Shown: in pieces, positions 1-12,900 of the stretch
Numbering within the stretch: position 1 is the stretch's first letter
Layout: each line of letters opens with the position of its first letter
Source: Stegostoma tigrinum
Taxonomy: Eukaryota
Length of the DNA stretch: 64,000 nt
Direction: 5' to 3'
Assembly (NCBI RefSeq): GCF_030684315.1
Contig: NC_081360.1
Coordinates: forward strand, 86,851,780-86,915,779
The notes under the pieces: generated by a model
The model's database searches: none
The model's input: only the letters and a program-made list of their open reading frames with translations
What the model was told of the DNA's origin: nothing
Program-made: the position numbers and the translations under genes

Positions 1-882
1 CAGCAGATACCTGCATTGCCTGTCAATAGGTTCATAGTTGCTCTGATGTGGCCCAAACTCCTCTGTCCTGTCTGTTCTAGCCAATCTCCCTTTCCCTTTC
101 AAACCATTGTAAGTCTTCAAAGCCCACCTGGTTGGCTTTTGAGTGGGACAGAACAATGGGTCTTTGAAATCTTTGAAGTTCTGAAGAGTATAAGCCAGTT
201 AGTTGTTTTGGGGTTGCCACCATCTCTTGTTCCTCAACAACAATTCCGCTGGGGTCTGCAGGGTGAGCTGAACGTTACCTAAGTTGAAGGAGGAAGAAAA
301 ATGTGCTACTATGGCTGCTGCCCACCCAGTAATGTAAATTGCTGAGACCATTCCTCAGTCATGATGTCCTCTTCAATCCAATCCCCATCTCCTGCCCATG
401 CGAAATAGGGTCTGATGCCATTCAGGTACATTTTTAATTTTCTTGAAGCTGTGATACCCTAAAATCATGCAACATTTAAATTTCCTAATGGACACTGGGT
501 CCCGAACCAGCCATGTAATGGACAATGCTGGTGTGGAGAAGTTCTACTCCACATTCAGGATCGATGGATGAATGGACGATGGACGGACGGCTTGTACTAT
601 GCTGGAAATGTCAGAAACCTCCAGACACTGGGGTATTCACAAGTCAGCCAATCATTGCATTTTCAGACCATGTAATTTTTTTTAAATTAAATGTCAAAAT
701 ATATCTGGGTGAATATGCAATGGAAATAACGCCTTTTAAATTTCAGGAACTCCCTGATTGTTGATTATTACACAACTATTATCCAAATATACAGCATTTA
801 TTTTCTGCCCAGAAATACTGGCATCTTTAACCAACCTCGAAAACAATTTAATTATTGTAGTAGGAAGTGTCTTGATACTCAC

Positions 883-996
883 TTCACTAGCAAAAATGTT
901 TGCATCCTTCATCGACTTGTATCCTGAGCTTTCCTTCAAATCAAACTTCGGCCTCTGTCCCTTAAACTCTTTCTCGAACTTCTCTTTGTACTTAAT
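883..996 (-). CDS. NEB: NEB exon w44 (114 nt)
   Basis: IKYKEKFEKEFKGQRPKFDLKESSGYKSMKDANIFASE; cag/gtgagt. Confidence 0.93.
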
Positions 997-3900
997 CTGT
1001 GCATGAATTAAAATCAATGTTACTTAATTATCCCCAACATGGATATCATTGGGTCTGTTACACAACAGAATAAAGAAACAGTAATCAAATCAGTTGAACA
1101 GTCTGGACAAATCTCATTGATTAAGAGGATGGGAGGATGATGAATACTAGCTTAAAAATCAACAATGTCAAAGATATGGGAACGCAATTGCCTGGTAACA
1201 GAAAACAGACATATGCAGATGTAGGTTGGGGAGGTGGTATATAATAGGAATGACAATGAGTGAAGAGCCAAAAAAATAGTTGGTAATGTGTTACAAATGG
1301 GCAATCAAAAAGAAAAAAAAACTGATAATAGGGATGTTTCACTTAGCAGATCCTGGAAGCAGTTTGACACGTATAGAAATATCACAGCTTCCTGAATGCA
1401 ATGTTAGCATAACAGTTGTTCACAGACCTGAATTAATTTCACATTCATATCATGCCAGTTCATTTATATTTGACACTTTCTTTGAAATATTCATATGTAC
1501 GCAGATTAAATCTTAAAAAGTGAAACTGTTAGTCTGTCCACTTCCACATCCAGATATCAGGCCTGGAACACAGGTGGCAAGGCTCATCATTTCAAAATCC
1601 CGAATTCCTACAAAAATGTTTGCAAAATTTCAAGAGTAAAAGATAATCAAACAGAAGAAAAATACAGATGCACTTGGGTAGGAATTTTCTTCTCTCTTAT
1701 CAAAGAAAACGGACAAAGTCAAAAGTTCAAAAAGAAGAATTCCAGTGTCGTAGATGCATATGCACAACCATTCGAAGCACAGACTTTAAGGAAAAGCTTG
1801 TTATTCAAGTATCATCATGGGGTGATGCAAAATGAAACAACAAGAAGAAGAAGGCTGAAGAAATAATGAGAAATGGATTAGCTTTACCGACAGCTTCGGG
1901 GCTCAACGGGGCTCTGTGGTTTTGACTATTCTTGAAGAATCAAAAAATGCCCTTGGGTGACAGATAATTTGGAGGAGACAATACTGAGACACATTCGTAT
2001 AGCCCCAGCTCAATCATGGAAATTGCCGAATCTTAGGCTTCTGTTTTCACTTCGGTGGACACTGGAAAAAATGGAAGTCTGAATTGCAAGAATTGAATCC
2101 TATCGGGAGAAATGTGCCAAAAAACATTAATGCAAAACAACCCATGCATGATGGCTTGGTCTAGGACAGCTCCTATTTGTTCCCGTCTACCTCATCTTAC
2201 TATTTGATTGGATTGAATTCATTGTGTTAATATAACTGGTGTTAGAGTACCATTTACATTGGGAGGCACACTTGCTCCCCTGACAACAACAAGATAATTT
2301 GCACAAAGGCCAGGAGCAGAATATAAAATGCAGATAGATACACTATACAGGGATTTCTGATACTTATGTTTATCTTACGTTGCTTGAGAGGATGTTTGCT
2401 TTCTTTGCAACCCTCATCGTGGGAGTATCATATGAAGCAGCTCCATGACCTCTGAGTTTCTGTTTGGTATATTCCACCTATGAAGCGTAGCAAGATGGTA
2501 TGATCAGAGCAGCATTAATTAGTAATTAATGGGTAGCCTGGATGAAATTGCAAGCATGAGATAGATAGTTTGGAACAATAAATTAATACATGGACAGCAG
2601 CAGATTTGAATTACACACCAGTCAGTAAATAACTAGTTAGAAGCAGGATACGGCTCAGTTCTGCCATGTAATGATAGATGACATACATTTCTCAAATATA
2701 ATGGATTTTGGTTATTATCACATACTGGAGATTGCTACATATAAATCAACACTGAAGTTTCAAAAAGTCCTTCCATAAATAGGAGTCACTTATACACAGA
2801 AATATAAAATGTGAACTGTCCATGTTGGTGTGAAAGGGTAACTTCTGTTCATTGCTCATCATGCTGTCTGTTGATGTCTTAAACTCCTGTGTAACTTCTT
2901 GGCACCATACATCTATCACCTGCTTGGTCATTTGTACCAACTCATCAGGTAGAGATTACCTCTAAATATGCACTTCTGAGGTAAAATATTGAAGCCTCAT
3001 GCTAGTATTTCCTTAAATGTGCATTTATTAGCTGAAAAATGGTGATGTTGGATGATTGATACACTAACTGCTTAGCGTATAATAAGTGTTTAAGTGTGTG
3101 CTTATCTAAACTTGCATCTTGGTGCTGAAAGAATGGATCATCTCAAATACCAGGCTGAATTATGCAGTATAACATACTGTGCTATGAAATGAAATGTGTG
3201 TACTTTCTTGAAGCACTGTTGGAGCCCATTTTTAATGTACATTAACTCACTCTCGTACAGAGAAGTGACTGTGGTATTTTCCTCAAGAGGACTTGTACAG
3301 CAACATCCGGTGACTATGTCAGAGGTGATATGATGTCACAAAACTGAACCCAGGAAAATTAGATTGACTACATGGCCCATAGAAAGAAACAATATCTTGG
3401 GCCATGGCTACGTCATTTTAAGCAGTTCACACAGCTTCAAATAATAGAAGGAGTCATCCTGCTGTCCTTGTTCATTGTAAGAGCTTTCTAAATTAGTGCT
3501 ACACTCCCACCCTATCCCTGGAGCATGAGAGGTTTATTTCTTTACAGGTATCTAACTGATTCTCTTTTGGAAAGTTTGCACTATATGGTTATATTTCCCT
3601 CTAAAATGTTACTATAATATAAAACTAAAGCCGCAGGGAAAAGTTTATGCTGCTTCATGACTTTTAGTCATGGCTTTCACATTTGACCTTGAAGCCATGG
3701 GGTACATTATAAGTGATTTTTTTTGTGACAATGAATTTTTTGCCTAATCACCTGTGCTTCTAACCTATATTGGCTCCCTACTCAACCTCAGCTTGAATTT
3801 GAAGTTGTCATCCTTGTTTGCACATTCTTCCATGTCCTCATCCCCGCCCCTGTCTCAGAAACAAGCTCTGGCTCTCCAATCCTTGTAGAGGATTTCTGCA

Positions 3901-6900
3901 AAAGTTTTTCTAATTTTGGTCTTTTGCATGCGACCATCACTTCTCTATTGCTGGCTGTATTTTTAGCTGCCTAAAACTCAAAGTTCTGGAATTCCGTCCC
4001 CAAGCCTTGTTGCCTCTCTAGATCTCCTGTTTTCCCCCTTTAAATTGCTACTAAAACTCCTTTCTTTGACCAAATTTTGCTCACCCAAAGTATATACATT
4101 TATGTGCCTCAGAAGAACAAGTGTCCAAAAACACTCTCAACAAATTTTCTAATACAGCATACATGCTTTTAAAATATATAGCTTTATAATGAAAAAATTA
4201 CTCTGAAAACTATGTGAATAGGTTTTTCATGTTTGATCAGCTTACAGATTACTCACCACATCACAAAGAAAAGGGAGCAATCTGAAACTCACTGTTAGGA
4301 TCAAATGAAGATCAGATAACGGCACTATGCAGGGTACAGAACTCAATGTGATTTTCCCTGGAACATCCATGGCAAGGTCAAATCACAGTTCACCTTCATT
4401 TTTAACCCTCAACAGGCTTTTAATTAGCTTACGCAGCCCTCAAACAATCTCCCCTCTTGTAAATGGTCTGGGGTTCAAGGTAAAGCAAAGGAACTGGCAA
4501 AAGGCCTGGGGTTGTCCCTGCTCAGGCTCAGTGGGGCCCAGAACAATGTGTTGGAACATAAAAAGGGACGGTCCCTTACTGGATAACACTTAACTCCCAA
4601 TCATACTACGTATAGAATTTTTAAAAAGCTGTCTTTAAAATAGAAGACACAAAGTTGTTTTGAACCCTTGCTGAGTCAAAGAAAAGAATCCATAAATTCG
4701 ACCTAAGATAACAAAGTGTGAAGCTGGATGAACACAGCAGGCCAAGCAGCATCTCAGCAGCACAAAAGCTGACGTTTCGGGCCTAGACCCTTCATCAGTC
4801 AGCTTTTGTGCTCCCGAGATGCTGCTTGGCCTGTTGTGTTCATTCAGCTTCACATTTTGTTATCTTGGATTCTCCAGCATCTGCAGTCCCCATTATCTCT
4901 CAAATTCTACCTTTTTTAAAGCAGATTTGTATGTTAAAGGAATACCAAATGATAAGAATGTTCATACTATTGTAAATGCTCATGCAGTGTAAATGCTATT
5001 TTAGGGTATTTCAGGAATAAATTTGTGGGGGCCATGCTGCAGGAACAATTTGAGTGCATTAGAGACTGCAGCAGAGTTTTACAAAATTTGTTCCAAGGAT
5101 GAAAACCCTATCAACCTGGTTGGGAACTTTCAGGGATCTATGCACATGGACACCGATCTCTCTGCTTGTCCACACTACCAAGAATCTTACCATTAGCCCA
5201 GTACTCTCTATTCCTGTTACTCCTTCCAAAGTGAATCACCTCACACTTTTCTGCATTAAACTCCATTTGCCACTTCTCAGCCCAGCTCTGCAGCTTATCA
5301 ATGTCCCTCTGTATGCTGCAACATCCTTCCACACTTATCTACAGCTCCACCGACTTTAGTGTCATCCCTCAAATTTACTAACACATCCTTCTACGCCCTC
5401 ATCTAGGTCATTTATAAAAATGACAAACAGCAGTGGCCCCAAAATGGATCCGAACTCCAGGATGAACATTTCCCATCAATCACTACCCTCTGTCTTCTTA
5501 CAGCTAGCCAATTTCTGATCCAAACCGCTAAATCACCCTCAATCTCATGCCTCTGTATTTTCTGCACTAGCCTACCGTGGGGAACCTTATCAAATGCTTT
5601 ACTGAAATCCATATACACCACATCAACCGCTTTACCCTCATCCACCTGTTTGGTCACCTTCTCAAAGAACTCAGTAAGGTTTCTGAGGCATGACCTACCC
5701 TTCACAAAACCATGTTGACTATCCCTAATCAAATTATTCTTTTTTAGATGATTATAAATCCTATCTCTTATAATCCTTTCCAACACTTTACCCACAACTG
5801 AAGTAAGGCTCACTGGTCTATAATTACCAGGGTTATCTCTACTCCCCATCTTGAACAGGGGGACAACATTTGCTATCCTCCAGTCTTCTGGCATTATTCC
5901 TGTAGACAATGACGACATGAAGATCAAAGTCAAAGGCTCTGCAATCTCCTCCCAAGCTTCCCAGAGAATCCTAGGATAAATCCCATCCGGCCTGGGGGGC
6001 TGATCTATTTTCACACTTTCCAAAATTGCTAACACCGCCACCTTATGAACCTCAATCCCATCCAGTCTAATAGCCTGTATCACAGTATTCTCCTCAACAA
6101 CATTGTCTTTTTCCAGTGTGAATACTGATGAAAAATATTCATTTAGTGACTCTCCTATCTCTTCGGACTCCACACACAACTTCCCACTACTATCCTTGGC
6201 TGGGCCTAATCTTACTCTAGTCATTCTTTTATTCCTGACATAACTATTGAAAGCTTTAGGGTTTTCCTAGATCCTACCTGCCAAAGACTTTGCATGTCTC
6301 CTCCTGGTTCTTCTTAGCTCTCTCTTTAGATCCTTCCTAACTAACTTGTAACTCTCAAGCGGCCCAACTGAGCCTTCACGCTTCATCTTTACATAAGCCT
6401 CCTTTTTCCTCTTGACAAGAAATTCAACTTATTTAGTAAACCATGATTCCCTCGCTCAACCACTTCATCCCTGCCTGACAGGTCCATACTTATCAAGGAC
6501 ACGCAGTAGCTGTTTCTTGATCACACTCCATATTTCAATTGTGCCCAGCCACTGCAGTTTCCTTCCCCATCCTATGCATCCTAAATCTTGCCTAATCGCC
6601 TCATAATTGCCTTTAACCCAGCTATAACTCTTGAACAAAGAACAAAGAAAATTACAGCACAGGAACAGGCCCCTCGGCCCTCCAAGCCTGCGCCAATCAA
6701 GATCCTCTGTCTAACCTGTCATCTATTTTCTAGGGGTCTGTGTCCATTTGCTCTCTGCCCATCCATGTACCTGTCCAAATATATCTTAAAAGACGCTAAT
6801 GTGCCTGCGTCTACCACCTCCGCTAGCAACGTGTTCCAGGCACCCACCACGCTCTATGTAAAGAACTTTCCATGTATATCTCCCTTAAACTTTCCTCCTC

Positions 6901-9900
6901 TCACTTTGAACTCATGACCCCTAGTAATTGAGTCCTCCACTCTGGGAAAAAGCTTTTTGCTATCCACCCTGTCTATACCCCTCATGATTTTGTAGACCTC
7001 AATTAGGTGCCCCCTCAATCTCCATCTTTCTAATGAAAATAATCCTAATCTACTCAACTGCTCATCATAGCTAGCACCCTCCATACCAGGCAACGTCCTG
7101 GTGAACCTCCTCTGCACCCTCTCCAAAGCATCCACATCCTTTTGGCAATGTGGCGACTAGAACTGTACACAGTACTCCAAATGTGGACCAACCAAAGTCC
7201 TATACAACTGCAACATGACCTGCCAACTCTTGTACTCAATACCCCATCCAATGAAGGAAAGCATGCCATATGCCTTCTTGACCACCTTATTGACGTGCGT
7301 TGTCACCTTCAGGAAACAATGGACCTGAACACCCAGATCTCTCTGTTCATGAATTTTCCCTAGGACTTTTCCATTTACTGTATAGTTCACCCTTGAATTT
7401 GATCGTCCAAAATGCATCACCTCGCATTTGCCCGGATTGAATTCCATCTGCCAATTATCTGCCTAAATCTCCAATCTATCTATATTCTGCTGTAATCTCT
7501 GACAGTCCCCTTCACTATCTGCAACTCCACCAATCTTAGTGTCATCTACAAACGTGCTGATCAGACCACCTACACCTTCCTCCAAATCATTTACATATAC
7601 CACAAACAACAGTGGTCCCAGCACAGATCCCTGTGGAACACCACTGGTCACAGGTCTCCAATTTGAGAAACTCCCTTCTACTAGTACTCTCTGTCTCCTG
7701 TTGCCTAGTCAGTTTTTTATCCATCTAGCTAGCATACCCTGGACCCCATGTGACTTCACATTCTCCATCAGCCTGCCATGGGGAACCTTATCAAACGCCT
7801 TACTGAAGTCCATGACCTGCAGTATCACCCTATCCCTTTCCATCGCTAAAGTAAATGTAACCAAAATGTTGTCACTATCACCAAAGTGCTCACCTACCTC
7901 CACATCTAACACCTGGCCTGGTTCATTACCCATTACTAAATCCAATGTGGCCTCGACTCTTGTTGGCCTATCTACATACTGTGTCAGGAAACCCTCCTGT
8001 GCACATTGGACAAAAATTGACCCATCTAAAATACTCAAACTATAGCGTTATAACTATATTTTCAATCGAAAAGATTAAAATGTTTTCTGGGCAAGTATGT
8101 CTGAAACTTAACTAGAATGTAACATCATTGTTACATGCAGTAGAAGGAAGGAGTAATCATATCTGGAAACACAATTCTATAACTACAGTCTTTAAAGCTG
8201 ATTGCAATGACTTCATGTTCAAAGAAACAAATCAAATTCCTTCTTTACTATTAAGATAGTCTTTAAAGAAAACAAATTAATTATTTTCTCTCCCATTTAA
8301 ATTATTTACCTCTATGGGAGAAAGACATTTTAAATCATGAACATCCTGCAATGTGGAGGGCTACGGAGACAGAAATGGAGAATGGGAGTAGCTGGGTAGC
8401 TCTTTTGGGAGCTAGTACAGACATGAAGAGCCAAAGTTGCTATCAGGCTACAAAACATTACACAAAATACACAGCACAAATACAGACCACTGGCTCAACT
8501 TGCCTATGCCAGTGTTTCATGTTCACTTGATCTTCTATGATGCTTCAGTTCTGGTTGCCTCATTGCAGGAAAGACGTGGTAGTTTTAGAGAGGCTACAGA
8601 AGAAATTTACCAGGATGCTGCCTGGACTAGAGGGTAGGTCTTATGAGGAAAGGTTGAGGAAGCAAGGGCTCTTTTCATTGGAATGAAGAAGGATGAAAGT
8701 TGACACAATAGAGGCTTACAAGATGATGAGAGGCATAGATAGTGTGGATAATCAGAGACATTTTCCCCAGAGCAGAAATGACTATTACGAGGGGGCATAA
8801 TTTTAATGTGTTTGAAGGAAGGTATGGGGAGATGTCAGAGATAGGCTCTTCACACAGAAAGTGATGGGCATGTGGAATGCGCTGCTGGAAGTGGTAGTAG
8901 AATCAAATACTTTGGAGGCTTTTAGATAAGCACAAGGAGGATAGTAAAATGTAGGGTATGCAGGGTAGATTGACCTTAGTAGGATAATAGGTCAGCACAA
9001 CATCATGGACTGAAGGGCCTGTACTGTGCTGTAATGTTCCATGTTCTATGTCCTGTGTCCTTCCCATTAATTTCCACAAGCTGAACCTCTCTCAGAGAAT
9101 TGTTAACTTCACTTAATTACATCATTACTATTTGCCTCAACTAAACTCTTTGGTAGTGAATTACATACTCTCATCATACTCTGGGTAATAAGTTACTTTT
9201 TAATCCTGTGTGTGATTTCTTACGAACTATCTTACATTGAGAGGCTCTGCTTTTGCCTTCCTGCTTCAGTGCGCATTCTCTATCGAAAAAATGTCATAAT
9301 GTTAAACACCCCCATTTGGACACTCATCAGCCTTCCCCTTTTTGGAAAAAGAAAGAGACTCATGCATTTACAGAGTTGATTGTGCTACCACTAAGAAACA
9401 TGACAAGTTGAGAGTAACAGTGCTCTCGACACAGCTTCAAAATTAACTTTAAAATAAATGTACAAAATCTCAACAAACACTCTGTAAAGTCAACAGTTAC
9501 ACAAAAGCAGGAAGAGGTAGAAATCAACATGTAAGAATTGTCACAAGAAAGAAGTCATTGATTTAAAACCACAATTGAAAATTTTGAGAATAAACATTGA
9601 AACTTCTAGAATAGTCGCATCTTGCATGATTCATAAGATTCTCTCCAGTCATTCAGCCTAACCATTTTCTCACAATTTTTTGGGGTTGATTTTAGCCTTT
9701 CTTGTAGTTTGTGACACGATGATAATGTAATGTTGGATACAGTCTGACACAACATAATAGAGTTTGACATATTTGCTACAATCTTATATGACTCAGTGTG
9801 GACCAATACAGTTTGATACAGTCTGGAGCCTCAAACAATCTCACAATCTTGTTGTCTTTTTAAGGTTATTACTTCAGATTCTGACATGCAATCCCTTATC

Positions 9901-12900
9901 TGTTTTACCTGGCTGGTAAGTTTGGAAACCTCTTTGGCAAGTTCAATGTCTGGGCGTCCAAGGCTGATTATACCGCGACTAGCCTCCTCACGTGCTTTCG
10001 TCCTGTATCCAATCTGGAAAAGAAAAATAGACAAAACTCATGTGACGGGCTGTACTTGAGCCAAGATAATAGTTTGTAGGGTAATGCTTAAAAGAATGAA
10101 ACATACTCACATCACTTATTAACTTGGCAGCTTCAGTGGCTTTTAGAATATCTGGACGATCTGCTACAGATGTGTAAGCAAGTTTGGATTTAGCATCTTT
10201 CTTATAATCGATCTGCAGGACAGAGGATATTTTATTGTCACTGACATATGGCTTCACTAAAGATTGATACGAGAAATAAGTTCTAAATAAATCATTCATT
10301 CCTTAAAGCTTCTATTCCCACTTAGGTATGGCGAGCTTGGGATGACACAGTTTCTTCAATGTAGACAATGCATCATGGCCGTTTGCAGTAGGGAGGTTGT
10401 GGTGATGTGGAGAGAGAGTAAAGATATGTTGAGATCGATAAGAGAACAGATGCTGAGTGGTCAAGGGTGACACAAGAGATTCTGATCAAAATCATGGTGG
10501 AAAAGATTAGTTTCAGAATTAGGGAAGGATCACAAGGCCTGAGCAGAATCAACTGGAAGAGGATGGGATGACCAGTCTCAAATCATTACCTAATTCTGAA
10601 GATTGCAAGCAGCTTGAATTTCCTCCTGGCAAATTGACTTCCCACCTCCTACCTCAGCTATGACATTCACCTAAGATTAGACAGTGGAGTTACTTTCATT
10701 TCAAGCTGGCCTAGTCCTCCCCAAACACATGGCAAGTGGCTCTAAAGTATTGACCTAAAAAGAACCTGCAGCTGATTATTAACTGGTTCTACGCGTCACA
10801 TAGGTTCACGTAGCCTAATAGAAATATCTAAGAGATCCGCTCCTGTAATGAAGGTTGAATTTGTAAGCCCAAATAGAATGCAGACCACAAAAGATCACAG
10901 GAGGTTGTGCTACTGACTGGCATGCTGGCTCCATTCTGTTCCTGGGATATCTTCCTGGACGTTGGATGGGGATGCAACTACCCTTACATGGCAGAAAGAC
11001 AGCTGAGTGTGTTAAAGGCCTAAAGGATGATTTTCTATTATCATTACCTGACCAAAATTGTCTAGTTGGTCCCTAGGACCCTGGAGGTGAGTGGGAATGG
11101 TCAAGCTACCTGAGCGTAGGCCCCAAGCAGCAGAATGGGAGTTAGCTCTCCCGCCAAGCTTTGAGGAGCTCCCCCTCTGTCTAGCTACAACTGCTTTCAC
11201 AAGATACTCTACAAAGGGTCTCATGACACCTCTAACCAGCGACAAAGCTCAGCTGCTGAGGAGGATATTTATTTTAAATAAAAAGAGTTGAAGAGATTGT
11301 GGGCTAATTTTTGCCTCTGAGACAAGAAATTTCCCAACTTGGAAGATCCAGTTTCTTTAAAAATGTTCGCATCACCCAAATTTCTCTTCCAGCCAAGTTG
11401 GGGGCCGGGTGAAGATGGGAGTGAGGAATAAAGGCAGTTAATGGTAGCCATGGAGAGGGGCAAGTGCTAAAGTGACGTTATTAGAAAGCCTGTTTGGTTC
11501 TTTGAGACTTCAACCAGTTGTTTAAAAGGCCGTTTGGACCTATAGTCCTGATCTGTCACTTTCATTCCAACCCATGTGTCCCTTACACATGTGCCATGTT
11601 TCATGCTCCCTCATATCTGCCATAACCACTCTTCCAGTTTACCCAAACTAAGACAGCTCCCCTAAAATACACCCGATTTTGAAAAAAAATCTATTTCGTG
11701 AAAATAATTAAATCTCAAGTGATTAATCTGCTTAAAATCAAATAAATTTTATTCATTATAAACTATAAGTCAAAGTATGCACTCAGGAGGCTATTACAGG
11801 ATTAGCTGTCTTTATGGTTAATGAGACAAATGAGTTTTGAGCTTTTGAAACTCAGTAAAGCATTCATAAAGGCACAGCTGTAATCACACCCTTGAGAAAA
11901 GTTAATAATGACAGCTATTGAAACTATAAGAGCACATAGCTAATGATTTTATGTCTAAGCTGTCCCAGTTGACCATTAGTTGGTCAAATTTGGAAAAATC
12001 AGAGCTGGATTGTTTTCTGCTTATTGTAGCAGTTCTAACTTTTAGAATGGAGTAAAAATGGAGTCTGGTGCTTATGGGAAAAAAAAATGACCAGCCTTGA
12101 ATTCCATAGGAAGATTAGGAACATGTACAACCAAGAAAAGAATGCAAAATGATTAGCATGCTTACATTACTCTGACATTTGGCCACATTCATTGCGTGTT
12201 TCACATCTGGGGGTTCCATCATAATGGAATATGAGGACTTGCCTTTGTCTTTCTCAAACTGCTCCTTGTACAGTTTCTGTGGTAAAAGAAATTCATATTA
12301 ATAATCAGATAATGCTCCATGAATCTTCATTACAATTTTTTAAAAACTCCATAATATATCCAGGAGTAAAACTGAAGTTTAGGAATATAAATTAAGTGTA
12401 GCATACAGCTGGGAAAGCCCTTTCAAATTACAATATAACTGAAGTGGTCTAGCATACCGTATACAAGTCTGCTGTACCTCCTACTTCAATACATGATCCA
12501 CATTTTCTGACTCTAAAGCCCTCAATTTTACTTGAGACATAATAATTGCAAATGGGGTGCAGAAACGTATATGTCCTTCAAAGAGGTTTGAGTCAGTGAG
12601 CCTACCAATATTATTAAAATGTTTCTTCTATGTTAGAGAGGAATGACTGGCACAAGTACAGGATGGGATTAGGACTTTTGACATTTATCACAGTCAGTGA
12701 TTGTTTCATATGTGGTATAAAAGAAACAAGTACAATTTCAAATGAAAAGAAATGCTCTTCACCATCTCATGCACCTTTTCATGAGTTAATGATTAACTGA
12801 AAATCCTATACTTAGTGCCAAATGTGGAAACTTCAAAGCTTGGAAAGCACAGCAGCATTGTAGAATCCAGTGAGGGATACTGAAGGCTTCTTAATGACTG

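Noticed and set aside
5412-6224. 270-aa ORF as a functional reverse transcriptase
   Set aside because: It is a truncated CR1 ORF2 piece that goes out of frame before the QG and DD motifs; the element is interrupted and lacks both ends.
7709-8038. ORF fusing an endonuclease end directly to an RT motif, as a novel compact protein
   Set aside because: It is an accidental in-frame junction produced by the nested CR1 insertion.
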